A DNA stretch of 64,000 bases. Origin: a virus. Position numbers and translations under genes: made by a program. This document shows positions 50,906 through 59,424 of the stretch, in pieces; positions within the stretch are counted from its first letter, which is position 1, and every line of letters starts with the position of its first letter. The notes beneath the pieces were generated by a model that searched no databases, had not been told where the DNA came from, and was given only the letters and a program-made list of their open reading frames with translations. Where the stretch lies: the IMG/VR virus record IMGVR_UViG_3300047462_000154, positions 96,001 through 160,000 of that record; one strand, written 5' to 3'.

Positions 50906-53900
50906 TTATGTTCCAGGCGTGCCAGGAGCGGGTGGTGGTGGAGCCTCAGTAGATGACGTGCTTCCACCAGGACCAGCTTCAGGAGGCTGTTCACCGCCTA
51001 CAACATTACCATCAGTATTATCTTCAGGTTCATTACCTAAAGCGTCTAATCCAAAATCATTCGATGTGCCTCTAACGCCAACATCTGATAAATCTTGATT
51101 CGTATTGGAATCAGCAGGATTTTCACCTGTTGAATTTTCTACCAATTCTGGATTTTCTTCTTGCCATAATGTTTCATTTTCAATCAATTCATTTTCTGAT
51201 AAATTCAAGAAACGTTTTAATTTAAATCTTTCAGATAAACGCTTATTGTCTTGAACCTGAGTATATACTTGCATTTGTTGGGTATCGATTTCAATTTGTC
51301 TATACTTCGTAAAATTCTGTGGAGGATTAAAACGAAGTTCAAAAATACTTGAATCAATCTCAATACCATTTTTTTCCAAATAGTATTTAAATTCTTTATC
51401 AAATACTGGAGATAATAAATTCTGCAATCTCATGCAATATTTGTTGAAACGAAATTCTTGAATTAATGCAGCACCTAATTTACCATCATTAAAAGAAATA
51501 GCACCAGCAGCATCATCTCCAATAGACAAATATGATGGTGGAATACGCAAACCACGTGCAAGCTTCTTACTAAACCAAGATAAATCTGTTATTTCCCCAG
51601 TGGAATTATAAGTAAATACACCAGCACATAATGCAAAAGTATGAAAATCATGAAAAATTTCTAAACCATCAATAGTTATAGTTCCAGTATCTATTCTTTC
51701 ATCAAGATATTCAATTGAAACAACTTGGTGATTAAAGTTACTGGAATTTTTCTTAAAATGTTTCCAATTTGTAAAACCATATTCATTTATAATTGTAATA
51801 ATTTGATTAGAATGAATTTTATCATTGTTTGTCAAATGATGTGTTTTTGGATTTTCCTTCTTTAATAAATCAATAAATTCTTTATTTTTATTTAAAGAAG
51901 AAATCATGGAATTCATTGTATTTGCGCCATTTTTTAATTCTTTAATTAAAATTCTCATCATATCAATATTAAAATTGAAAGTTTTTGAATTTTGTAAATC
52001 TTTGTAACGAACTTCACCCCAAGACAAATTTCGTTCTTCTAACATTTGACGAAAATGTCTTTGATATAAAACAAAATTATTAATATCTAAATTTTTGGCA
52101 GTAGTATTTTTATTTTGTTCAATAATTAAATCCATTATTTCTTTATTTTTGTTTGCTTTTTCAATCAATTGTTCCATTGTTAAAGTTTTTTTATCACACA
52201 ACGAAATAATTTTTGTGAAAATTTCATCATCAAACATAAGTTTTTGATTTTTTGCTTGGTTAACAAAAGCTTCAGTTTTTATTCTTTCCTTAAATAAATC
52301 AGAATAACGTTCTCTACGCTCTGGTGTATACGATTTTTTAACACCTTCTGTTCTACGCGCAACTAACTCATCATGATATTCTTTATCAGACATAAAACGT
52401 TCAATATGTTTATCAATTCTACCATTTAAGAAACTTTCGCGGCGAGATTCCCAAAACTCTAATTTTTCTTGTTCCGATTTTTTATTCCAAGCCTCTTTGC
52501 TTCTTAAACTTGTTTTTTCTGCAATATCAATTCTTTCTTCATCTGATAAATTTTTCCAATAATTCATCACCCCTTCTCTGATATTATCTTTAAAATTTTC
52601 ATTAATGGTTTTAGAATGATATTCATAATGGTCTTTATAATTCATCCAATACAAATTAGATGGATTGTTATCAAAACGATTAAAGTTTTTATGATGAACA
52701 CATGTTCTTGGTTCATCTCTATACTTTTCATCGTTTATCATAATATTTTCCATATCACTATTTTTAAAATATTTTGCAACTAAACGATGAACATATAACC
52801 ATTTTTTTGATTGGTTATCAAAAACCATCATATAATCTTTTGTTCTTCCTTTTTTTATTTCTTGTTTTTTTGTTTCAAAAGGAAATAAAGAATCGCCAAT
52901 TTGAATATTTCTTGCTTCTGTTTTGCCTTTTCCTTGAACTGGAAAATTATGGTCAGGTGTCACTGTGATAGTTTCACCATTATCCAAAGTAATTTTCAAA
53001 ACTTCTGCATTTTTTCTTGTTATGCCAGCCCAATTAATCATACCAGGAACTATTTTTCCAGTAATTGGGTCACATGAATACGCCCATAATTGTTTACCGT
53101 TTTCATGTTCTTTAATAATTTCAGAAAGTGATAAATTTCTTCCATCTAATAATGGTATCATTGTATCTAAAGATAAACACTCTCCACCAGGAAGAACGTC
53201 AACTTTTGAACCTCTTCCCTCATTACCGCAATTATGAACATATACACCACTTGATAATGCAAAAACGTGGCTATTTGATTCACTTTCAATTGTTAAATCA
53301 CCAGTGTCTTCAATGTATGGAAGTAATTCTACAGAAACCACTTTATGATTTTTCTTATAAGATTTTTTAAACTCATCCCAAGAATTATAACCAGCAATTT
53401 CAACAGTTTTATTTAAAGTTTTGTCTCCAATATATGAACCTATTTTTGTATTATGTTTATATGTTTTTGTATTTTCATTGGCTTTTTTAAATTCAAATTG
53501 AAAAATTTCATCATTTTTTAAAACGGGAATTAATTTAGAAATACTATCATAACCATTATCATATAATTCAACCAAGCGTTTGAACATATTTTCTGAATAT
53601 TGTAATGTTCTTTCTTTATTTGACTGTTCTCTAATTTTATTAATGTGATTTACAGATTTTTTTCTTTTTTCATCATCAAAATTTTGCCATGCTCTTATAT
53701 TACTTTGTCTGTTTCTTTCTGCTAATTTTACTTTATCTTCATCAGACATATTATCGTATAAATTTCTCATTCCGTTAAGAAGATTTTGTCTTTTAACAGG
53801 GTCTTTCCAACTCACACCCAAAGAATAACTTCCGAGTTTTTTATGCAATTCAATATGTTCTTGTGCATCCATAATTTCTAAATTAGATGGTGTATTATCC

Positions 53901-55408
53901 ATAGAATTTAAATTCTTATGATGACATACAATATTTTTATCAATTGGTTTTTTTGATATTTCATGAACAAATTTTTTCTTATTTGTTTTATTGCATAAAT
54001 ATCTTACATATTGTTTCTTTTTTTGATTTTTTCCAGAATTAAATTGAAACAAATATAAAGGCATTAATGATTGCCCAGTAACCAATTTTTCTGCTTCTAA
54101 TTCAGAACCATCTCTCAATATAAATTTATGGTCTGGAGTGCAATCAATATATTCACCATTATCTAATGTAACTCTTAAAATTTCTGCATTTTTTCTTGTA
54201 ATTCCAGCCCAAGAAATTTTTCCTGGTTCCATTTCATGAGTTTTTGTGTTTAAAGAATATATCCAATTTTCTTTGCCATTTTTATATTCCTCAATTAAAT
54301 CATTTAAAGATAATTTTCTACCATCTAATAAATCAATTTTGGTATTTAGAGAAAGACAAGCGAAAAAATAATCCTCCACCATACTCATTGCGTTGTAACT
54401 GGCATCAAGGCGTGAATTTCCACCACCCGACCTATTTGGTATGTACCTGGAATGAATTTCATTTTTTACAGTTTCTAAATGTGCTTTAGCTTTTACGGGT
54501 GGCATTGCTCCAACGTCAATATAAAAAACTCTTCTTTCTGGCGCACGTTGCACGCGATAAATTAAAATAGCATCTTCCAATAATTCTTTTTGTTTAAATG
54601 TTTTGAATATTGGTTCTAATACGCTTTGACCAAACGGAAAATTAATGTCCATACCAACGGACAAAGATAAATGCACCATATGTTTTGCATCAACAACAAA
54701 CATTTGGTTTTGCATTGTTTGTGCTGCTTGTCTTCCTCTTGGGTCTGCATTGGAACCAGCCAATGAAAATGCAACTGGACCGCTTGAAGCAGGAACAACG
54801 GCAGGGCGTCCACCATAAGCGTTTGCTGCACCAAATGGTGTACGATATTGTTGAGGGTCAGCAGTGATTGTTGCGAATTTTGCTTGTCGATTTAAATCTA
54901 ATCCTCTGATGACATATTCTTCTGGTTTTTTACTACCAGAATCATCAACTTTTACCATTTCCACCATGAATGAATCGACCCATAACCATTCTAATGTTTC
55001 TGGGTCTCTTAGGAATAATTGGTCACCATTTTTGATGGTATTTCTGAACATTTGCCATAATTTTTGGCGAAAGGTATTTAATTTAATCCATTTTTCAATA
55101 TATTCATTGATAAGTTTTACTTCGGTTTCTGTTACTTTACCATTATATTTTATTTCAAATGGTTGGTCAGATTGTTCTTCTGATTGCGTGCAAAAATCAG
55201 CAATAGTATCCAAAGCAGCATTAATATCAGAATCTCTATCCATATCGTCATATTGATAATATCTTTGAATTCTATTTGGATGCCCTGCATATACTTCTGG
55301 TAAATAACTTGAATATTTTGCAGATGTTCCCGCCATACCACCTTGAGACACAGGATTTGTTGTAGATGTGGGCAAATTGGCACTTCTAAAAAATTTTTTC
55401 CAACTCAT
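50906..55408 (-). CDS. portal protein (T4 gp20-like) with two inteins
   Basis: RYYQYDDMD.DSDINAALD, LLEDAILIYRVQRAPERRVFYIDVG.MP, EDYFF, LPGG, LARGLRIP.SYL, IQEFRF; spliced length 599 aa. Confidence 0.95.
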   Translation of the reverse strand: MSWKKFFRSANLPTSTTNPVSQGGMAGTSAKYSSYLPEVYAGHPNRIQRYYQYDDMDRDSDINAALDTIADFCTQSEEQSDQPFEIKYNGKVTETEVKLINEYIEKWIKLNTFRQKLWQMFRNTIKNGDQLFLRDPETLEWLWVDSFMVEMVKVDDSGSKKPEEYVIRGLDLNRQAKFATITADPQQYRTPFGAANAYGGRPAVVPASSGPVAFSLAGSNADPRGRQAAQTMQNQMFVVDAKHMVHLSLSVGMDINFPFGQSVLEPIFKTFKQKELLEDAILIYRVQRAPERRVFYIDVGAMPPVKAKAHLETVKNEIHSRYIPNRSGGGNSRLDASYNAMSMVEDYFFACLSLNTKIDLLDGRKLSLNDLIEEYKNGKENWIYSLNTKTHEMEPGKISWAGITRKNAEILRVTLDNGEYIDCTPDHKFILRDGSELEAEKLVTGQSLMPLYLFQFNSGKNQKKKQYVRYLCNKTNKKKFVHEISKKPIDKNIVCHHKNLNSMDNTPSNLEIMDAQEHIELHKKLGSYSLGVSWKDPVKRQNLLNGMRNLYDNMSDEDKVKLAERNRQSNIRAWQNFDDEKRKKSVNHINKIREQSNKERTLQYSENMFKRLVELYDNGYDSISKLIPVLKNDEIFQFEFKKANENTKTYKHNTKIGSYIGDKTLNKTVEIAGYNSWDEFKKSYKKNHKVVSVELLPYIEDTGDLTIESESNSHVFALSSGVYVHNCGNEGRGSKVDVLPGGECLSLDTMIPLLDGRNLSLSEIIKEHENGKQLWAYSCDPITGKIVPGMINWAGITRKNAEVLKITLDNGETITVTPDHNFPVQGKGKTEARNIQIGDSLFPFETKKQEIKKGRTKDYMMVFDNQSKKWLYVHRLVAKYFKNSDMENIMINDEKYRDEPRTCVHHKNFNRFDNNPSNLYWMNYKDHYEYHSKTINENFKDNIREGVMNYWKNLSDEERIDIAEKTSLRSKEAWNKKSEQEKLEFWESRRESFLNGRIDKHIERFMSDKEYHDELVARRTEGVKKSYTPERRERYSDLFKERIKTEAFVNQAKNQKLMFDDEIFTKIISLCDKKTLTMEQLIEKANKNKEIMDLIIEQNKNTTAKNLDINNFVLYQRHFRQMLEERNLSWGEVRYKDLQNSKTFNFNIDMMRILIKELKNGANTMNSMISSLNKNKEFIDLLKKENPKTHHLTNNDKIHSNQIITIINEYGFTNWKHFKKNSSNFNHQVVSIEYLDERIDTGTITIDGLEIFHDFHTFALCAGVFTYNSTGEITDLSWFSKKLARGLRIPPSYLSIGDDAAGAISFNDGKLGAALIQEFRFNKYCMRLQNLLSPVFDKEFKYYLEKNGIEIDSSIFELRFNPPQNFTKYRQIEIDTQQMQVYTQVQDNKRLSERFKLKRFLNLSENELIENETLWQEENPELVENSTGENPADSNTNQDLSDVGVRGTSNDFGLDALGNEPEDNTDGNVVGGEQPPEAGPGGSTSSTEAPPPPAPGTPGT
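51605..53179 (-). mobile_element. portal intein 2 (525 aa, HNH endonuclease)
   Basis: PGGE|CLSLDT...TPDHNF...YVHRLVA...VHHKNFNRFDNNPSNL...HTFALCAGVFTYN|S. Confidence 0.92.
53231..54358 (-). mobile_element. portal intein 1 (376 aa, HNH endonuclease)
   Basis: YFFA|CLSLNT...TPDHKF...CHHKNLNSMDNTPSNL...HVFALSSGVYVHN|C. Confidence 0.92.
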
Positions 55409-55498
55409 TTATATAAAACCTTTGTTTATTCTTATTTTTATTTATTAATAATAAACTAATTTAATTATTATTGCATTATTTATTTACATAAATTTTGG

Positions 55499-55526
55499 TT
55501 GACAAAATAAAAAACTATGTTATTTT
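55499..55526 (+). promoter_or_regulatory. sigma70-type promoter (extended -10)
   Basis: TTGACA-16 nt-TATTTT with TGn, heading a small-gene cluster divergent from portal. Confidence 0.5.
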
Positions 55527-55556
55527 GAATATGACACACATACATGGAATATTATT

Positions 55557-55775
55557 ATGAGGACAATTTTTGAAACTAAACAGGGCGATACAAATTGTGT
55601 CTATACTTTGGTGGATTTGGAATCTTTGGTTGCAAAAATCAAAGCGGAGGTTCCTGCTGAAAAATTGTCTTCTGTTGAAGTTGTTTTGGATTGTGAAGAA
55701 GAAACATTTGATTTGATTTGCAATTTGTTACTGTTGTTGAATATCAAGCCTCATTTATTGAATCTGTGGTTTTGA
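55557..55775 (+). CDS. hypothetical protein (3' end possibly frameshifted)
   Basis: 72 aa ORF after promoter. Confidence 0.45.
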   Translation: MRTIFETKQGDTNCVYTLVDLESLVAKIKAEVPAEKLSSVEVVLDCEEETFDLICNLLLLLNIKPHLLNLWF

Positions 55776-55850
55776 AGATTGATGATTCTAATTCCAAAAG
55801 AATTAAGAATAACGTTGAACATTATTTGCCAGAAAATATGAAGGTTTAAA

Positions 55851-56030
55851 ATGATGACTTTATCAGATAAAATCAAACAAAAGCGAATCAAAAAAGCACA
55901 AATCAAAATTGAGCAATGTGTTAAACGTGTTATCATGGCAAAAGAAGCATTCGATAGGGCACAAAATGCTTTGATGATTGCAGAAGATGATTTGAAAATT
56001 GCGCGGTATAATTTAACTTTGGAATGGTAA
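55851..56030 (+). CDS. small coiled-coil protein (59 aa, below track cutoff)
   Basis: AAGG RBS; MMTLSDKIKQKRIKKAQIKIEQ...LTLEW*; abuts next ATG. Confidence 0.55.
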   Translation: MMTLSDKIKQKRIKKAQIKIEQCVKRVIMAKEAFDRAQNALMIAEDDLKIARYNLTLEW

Positions 56031-56031
56031 A

Positions 56032-56310
56032 ATGTCAGTTCGTGGAAAATCGAAAGAAGTTACGTGCAAATGCTGTGGCACACCATTTCGTGCTCGGATT
56101 GCTGATATCAAGCGTGGTTGGGGCAAGTATTGTTCGAAATCATGCAAGGCAATCAAGCAAACGCAACGGACTGGTTATTATGGTCCAAATCGTGATGAAA
56201 ATCGCGGTATGAATAAAGATGGGTCATTTCAAATGTCGCAAGCTGATTTGGCGGCGGGCGGTTATGGTGATGCGGATTGGAACACTTCTTTTGGTGATGG
56301 GAAAATGTGA
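56032..56310 (+). CDS. zinc-finger protein
   Basis: CKCCG.PF.AR.AD.KRGWGKYCSKSC. Confidence 0.7.
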   Translation: MSVRGKSKEVTCKCCGTPFRARIADIKRGWGKYCSKSCKAIKQTQRTGYYGPNRDENRGMNKDGSFQMSQADLAAGGYGDADWNTSFGDGKM

Positions 56311-56563
56311 TGTTTTATCTTGAATTTGAAAATTATATAAATGGTAGCGAGATTGATTTGAGTCTTGAACCAATTCTTTACAAAAATCGAGAAATGGCGA
56401 GTAAAATGGCGTCTTGCATGGAATATGAAGAAGGTATTATATGTAATGTGAAACCATTATTTGTTCCGTTTGAAAAAATTTCATTAAATGAAAAAGATAT
56501 GGAAAGCAGTGTGAAAATTAATGATTTGCATATTCTTGCAAGAGACATTTATGAACGCGCATT

Positions 56564-56720
56564 GTTCATGCCAATTTTGTTGGGTGAACTACCCACGCCC
56601 TAAAGAGGCGTGGGCTTCCAAATCATTGACTTGGATTTTTTCACGATTCATCGACTCGTAACTACAATCAGACATGCCCAACTGCCCATTAGAGGAATCT
56701 CCCCGTGCGTATATTCGGAC
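56564..56720 (-). ncRNA. predicted TnpB omega/reRNA (scaffold plus flank-derived guide)
   Basis: Inferred from known IS605 biology: overlaps tnpB 3' end and right-end hairpin, guide from flank 56583-56564; 5' boundary approximate. Confidence 0.55.
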
Positions 56721-57839
56721 GGTTCCCGCCCTATTGATCTCATTCACTGCCCATTTTTTCAAGTTCATGGCTGCATTTGCATCCCTGTCCATAACCATTC
56801 CACACGATCCACATTCATACACCCGCTTATCCAACGGCATATCTTGTTTGTGTCCACAGTTTGAACACGTCTTTGAACTCGGATAGAACCGATCAACCAA
56901 CAACAACTTGCCGCCCTTCGATGCAAGTTTGTATTCAATCATCGAACGGAACTGGCTCCATCCTTGCTTTGCAATCGCATCCGCAAGACAATGGTTTTTC
57001 ATCATTCCTTTGATGTTCAAATCTTCCATTCCAACAAACGAATAAGCATTGGCTATCTGCCGACTCGTTTTGTGATGGAAGTCATATCGTTGATTTTTTA
57101 CATGAGCATGTAATTTTCTTAGTTTTTGTTTTTGCTTCTTCCTTCTATTCGACTTCTTAATCTGATTTTTCTTGTTCAACAGATCAATTCGAGACAATTT
57201 ACGCTGTGCTGATTTCAATCGCTTCAATGATAACTTAAACGCATCAAACATTTCACCATCACTGGTTACAGCAAAAGTCTTTAATCCTACATCAATACCG
57301 CATATGTCTTCCTCGGTGGTGTCGGTGATGGGTTCAATATCAGGTAATTCACACAGACATACTACATACCAGTGAACGCCCTCTTGTTTGACGGTAATGG
57401 ACATCAATCTACCTTCTGTTGGGCGATGTTGTTTCCATTTAATCCAGCCGAGTTTTGGAAGTTTGATGGCGTTTTTGCTTAGCTGAATGTGTCCGTTGGT
57501 TTGAGGGATGCGGAAGGTGTCGTTTTCGTCTTCCTTTCTTTTGAAACGAGGAAATCCAAAACCAGATTTGAAACATCTTTTCATTGCTGTATCCAAATCC
57601 CAACATCTTTGTTGTAGGGATTGGCTTGGTAGATCAGCAAGCCATGGATGATCTTTCTTCAATTGTGGAAGTGAAACAATCATCTCATGTTTAAATATGA
57701 ACTTTTTTTCGTCGGCATATTTTGCTTGATTTGCAGCAAGCATTGTATTCCACAACCAGCGACAACCACCACCGATCTGTTTAAGATCGGCAACTTGTTT
57801 TTCAGTTGGTTTGAGACGATATTTGAATGCCTTGTGCAT
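56589..57839 (-). CDS. tnpB: RNA-guided endonuclease TnpB
   Basis: HKAFKYRLKPT HTH, RuvC GIDVG / MEDL / DRDANAA, zinc finger CSNCG...CGSCG; start 57839 or 57845 rather than 57932. Confidence 0.95.
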   Translation of the reverse strand: MHKAFKYRLKPTEKQVADLKQIGGGCRWLWNTMLAANQAKYADEKKFIFKHEMIVSLPQLKKDHPWLADLPSQSLQQRCWDLDTAMKRCFKSGFGFPRFKRKEDENDTFRIPQTNGHIQLSKNAIKLPKLGWIKWKQHRPTEGRLMSITVKQEGVHWYVVCLCELPDIEPITDTTEEDICGIDVGLKTFAVTSDGEMFDAFKLSLKRLKSAQRKLSRIDLLNKKNQIKKSNRRKKQKQKLRKLHAHVKNQRYDFHHKTSRQIANAYSFVGMEDLNIKGMMKNHCLADAIAKQGWSQFRSMIEYKLASKGGKLLLVDRFYPSSKTCSNCGHKQDMPLDKRVYECGSCGMVMDRDANAAMNLKKWAVNEINRAGTVRIYARGDSSNGQLGMSDCSYESMNREKIQVNDLEAHASLGRG

Positions 57840-57881
57840 ATTCATATTTATGCAACATGTCGATACGGAGTGTAAATAACT

Positions 57882-58283
57882 ATGCGTGAATATATGTCGA
57901 ATGGGCGAGCAAAATATTTGCTTATGGCTCATTTCATTTTTGTGGTGAAATACAGAAAGCCTTTGCTTGTTAGATATGGAAACGAAGTGAAGCAGAAAAT
58001 GATGGATATCGCCTCAGTGAGTGATTTTGATATAGATACCATAGAGGTTGACAAGGATCACATTCATCTGTTGATTTCGTATGCGCCTCATATATCTATC
58101 AGTTCTATAGTTGCTCGTTTGAAGGGACAGACAACGCACGACTTATGGAAAAACCATCCAGCTTTGTTGAAAAAGCAATTTTGGAAAGAGCATATATTTT
58201 GGTCGCCAAGTTATTTTGCTTGTTCAGTAGTCGGAAATGCGAGCCAAGATATAATTCGCCATTACATAGAAAATCAGGGCTGA
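57882..58283 (+). CDS. tnpA: IS200-type Y1 HUH transposase TnpA
   Basis: HFIFVVKYRK, DHIHLLI (HUH), FWSPSYF, YIENQ (catalytic Tyr). Confidence 0.95.
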   Translation: MREYMSNGRAKYLLMAHFIFVVKYRKPLLVRYGNEVKQKMMDIASVSDFDIDTIEVDKDHIHLLISYAPHISISSIVARLKGQTTHDLWKNHPALLKKQFWKEHIFWSPSYFACSVVGNASQDIIRHYIENQG

Positions 58284-58449
58284 TGGGCGGCTTTCATCCC
58301 ACACGCCCTAAAGAGGCGTGGGATTTCCCGCCGCACAGATAAAAACCATGATGTTCCGCTTGGATTTGTTCCTTGTTATGGAACTCATTCTGAACCAGAT
58401 GAATGTTATCAAGGTCCAACTAAATTTCCAAAAAATTATGGAGTTAATC

Positions 58450-58917
58450 ATGTCTGAAGAAAATTTTGTTGCAAAAGATTTTGTTTATGGTGGTTTACGT
58501 GTTTCCAACAAGGAACGTTTTGTTGCCATTATTCAAATAAAAGAAGATGGCACGATTTCAACCAATGAACAGCTTTATCCATATAAACGTAATCGCGACC
58601 GCGTGGTTGGTGGTGTTTATCGTGGGGCAACATTTTCTGATAGCAAGGTTCGAGGATTAGACGATGTGAGTTTTGTTTCTGTTTGGAAAAACGGTGAAGA
58701 TAAAATGCGTCTTGAAGCTTTGGATTATGAAGCAAATCATATTTACAAGCGTTTATCTCTTGAAAAAAATGCTGATAAAATGACTGAAATTGAAAAAATC
58801 ATGTTGCCAATTCGTCAGCAATATACAGCAATGATTAAACGCGGAGATTTTCATGGCGCATCAGCATTTAAATTTGCTGTAACGGAAGCTATCACCAAAC
58901 CTGTAAAAACATCTTGA
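58450..58917 (+). CDS. hypothetical protein
   Basis: GGAG at 58440-58443 then ATG 58450 (MSEENF); track start 58318 lies inside the IS. Confidence 0.7.
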   Translation: MSEENFVAKDFVYGGLRVSNKERFVAIIQIKEDGTISTNEQLYPYKRNRDRVVGGVYRGATFSDSKVRGLDDVSFVSVWKNGEDKMRLEALDYEANHIYKRLSLEKNADKMTEIEKIMLPIRQQYTAMIKRGDFHGASAFKFAVTEAITKPVKTS

Positions 58918-58947
58918 CAAATAGAGGAATTATGTTAATATAATTTT

Positions 58948-59424
58948 ATGGAAACTCGAACCAAAAATTTCTTGATATTTTGTGCACCGATTGCAGTTGT
59001 AATGGCGGTTATGTTTTTGCCATTACTTTTGCTATTGATTTTTGCACAAGTAATTTATGAAATATCTTTGGTTGTTTTGAATGCGATATTACCTTCAACG
59101 TTGAACACCATTGCGTTTGGTTATGGTGCTGGAATGTTGAAGAGTGGTATTGGTTTGACATTCACCTGGATATTCATTCTTGCAAGACACATTGTTGATT
59201 TGATTTTGCGTTTCAAAATCTTTTTCAATGTTGTTATGCTTGGGTTGGTATCTTGTTATTATTATGTTGATGGTTTTGTTTTTAGCAATCCATTTCATAC
59301 TCTTGTAGCATTTTATGACTGGTTTGATTTTGGCACTGGTAATGGTAATTTGACATTTCTCCAATATATTGGCGTTGTTATAATTTGTACAATTATTGTC
59401 AAAATTTTTGGAGCTATTTTTTAA
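58948..59424 (+). CDS. multi-pass membrane protein
   Basis: Four or more hydrophobic helices; TTGACA at 58914 upstream. Confidence 0.65.
   Translation: METRTKNFLIFCAPIAVVMAVMFLPLLLLLIFAQVIYEISLVVLNAILPSTLNTIAFGYGAGMLKSGIGLTFTWIFILARHIVDLILRFKIFFNVVMLGLVSCYYYVDGFVFSNPFHTLVAFYDWFDFGTGNGNLTFLQYIGVVIICTIIVKIFGAIF

Larger units (their letters stand above)
56584..58338 (-). mobile_element. IS200/IS605-family element (divergent tnpA and tnpB), 1755 bp
   Basis: Near-identical subterminal hairpins at 56592-56614 and 58296-58324; right end ...GGGTAGTTCAC, left end preceded by TTTAT; no target duplication; higher GC; precise excision restores the host ORF. Confidence 0.93.
56307..58457 (+). pseudogene. 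hypothetical gene interrupted by IS605 (56307-56583 + 58339-58457)
   Basis: Removing 56584-58338 gives ...MPILLDKNHDVPLGFVPCYGTHSEPDECYQGPTKFPKNYGVNHV*, in frame, overlapping the next gene start. Confidence 0.85.

Noticed and set aside
56589-57932. TnpB as Cas12f/CRISPR effector or IStron cargo
   Set aside because: Flanked by tnpA and IS605 hairpin ends, no array, and only about 55 nt between tnpA and the left end, leaving no room for an intron.
58318-58449. N-terminal extension of ORF 58318-58917
   Set aside because: Starts within the IS end and overlaps the interrupted gene's tail; RBS supports ATG 58450.
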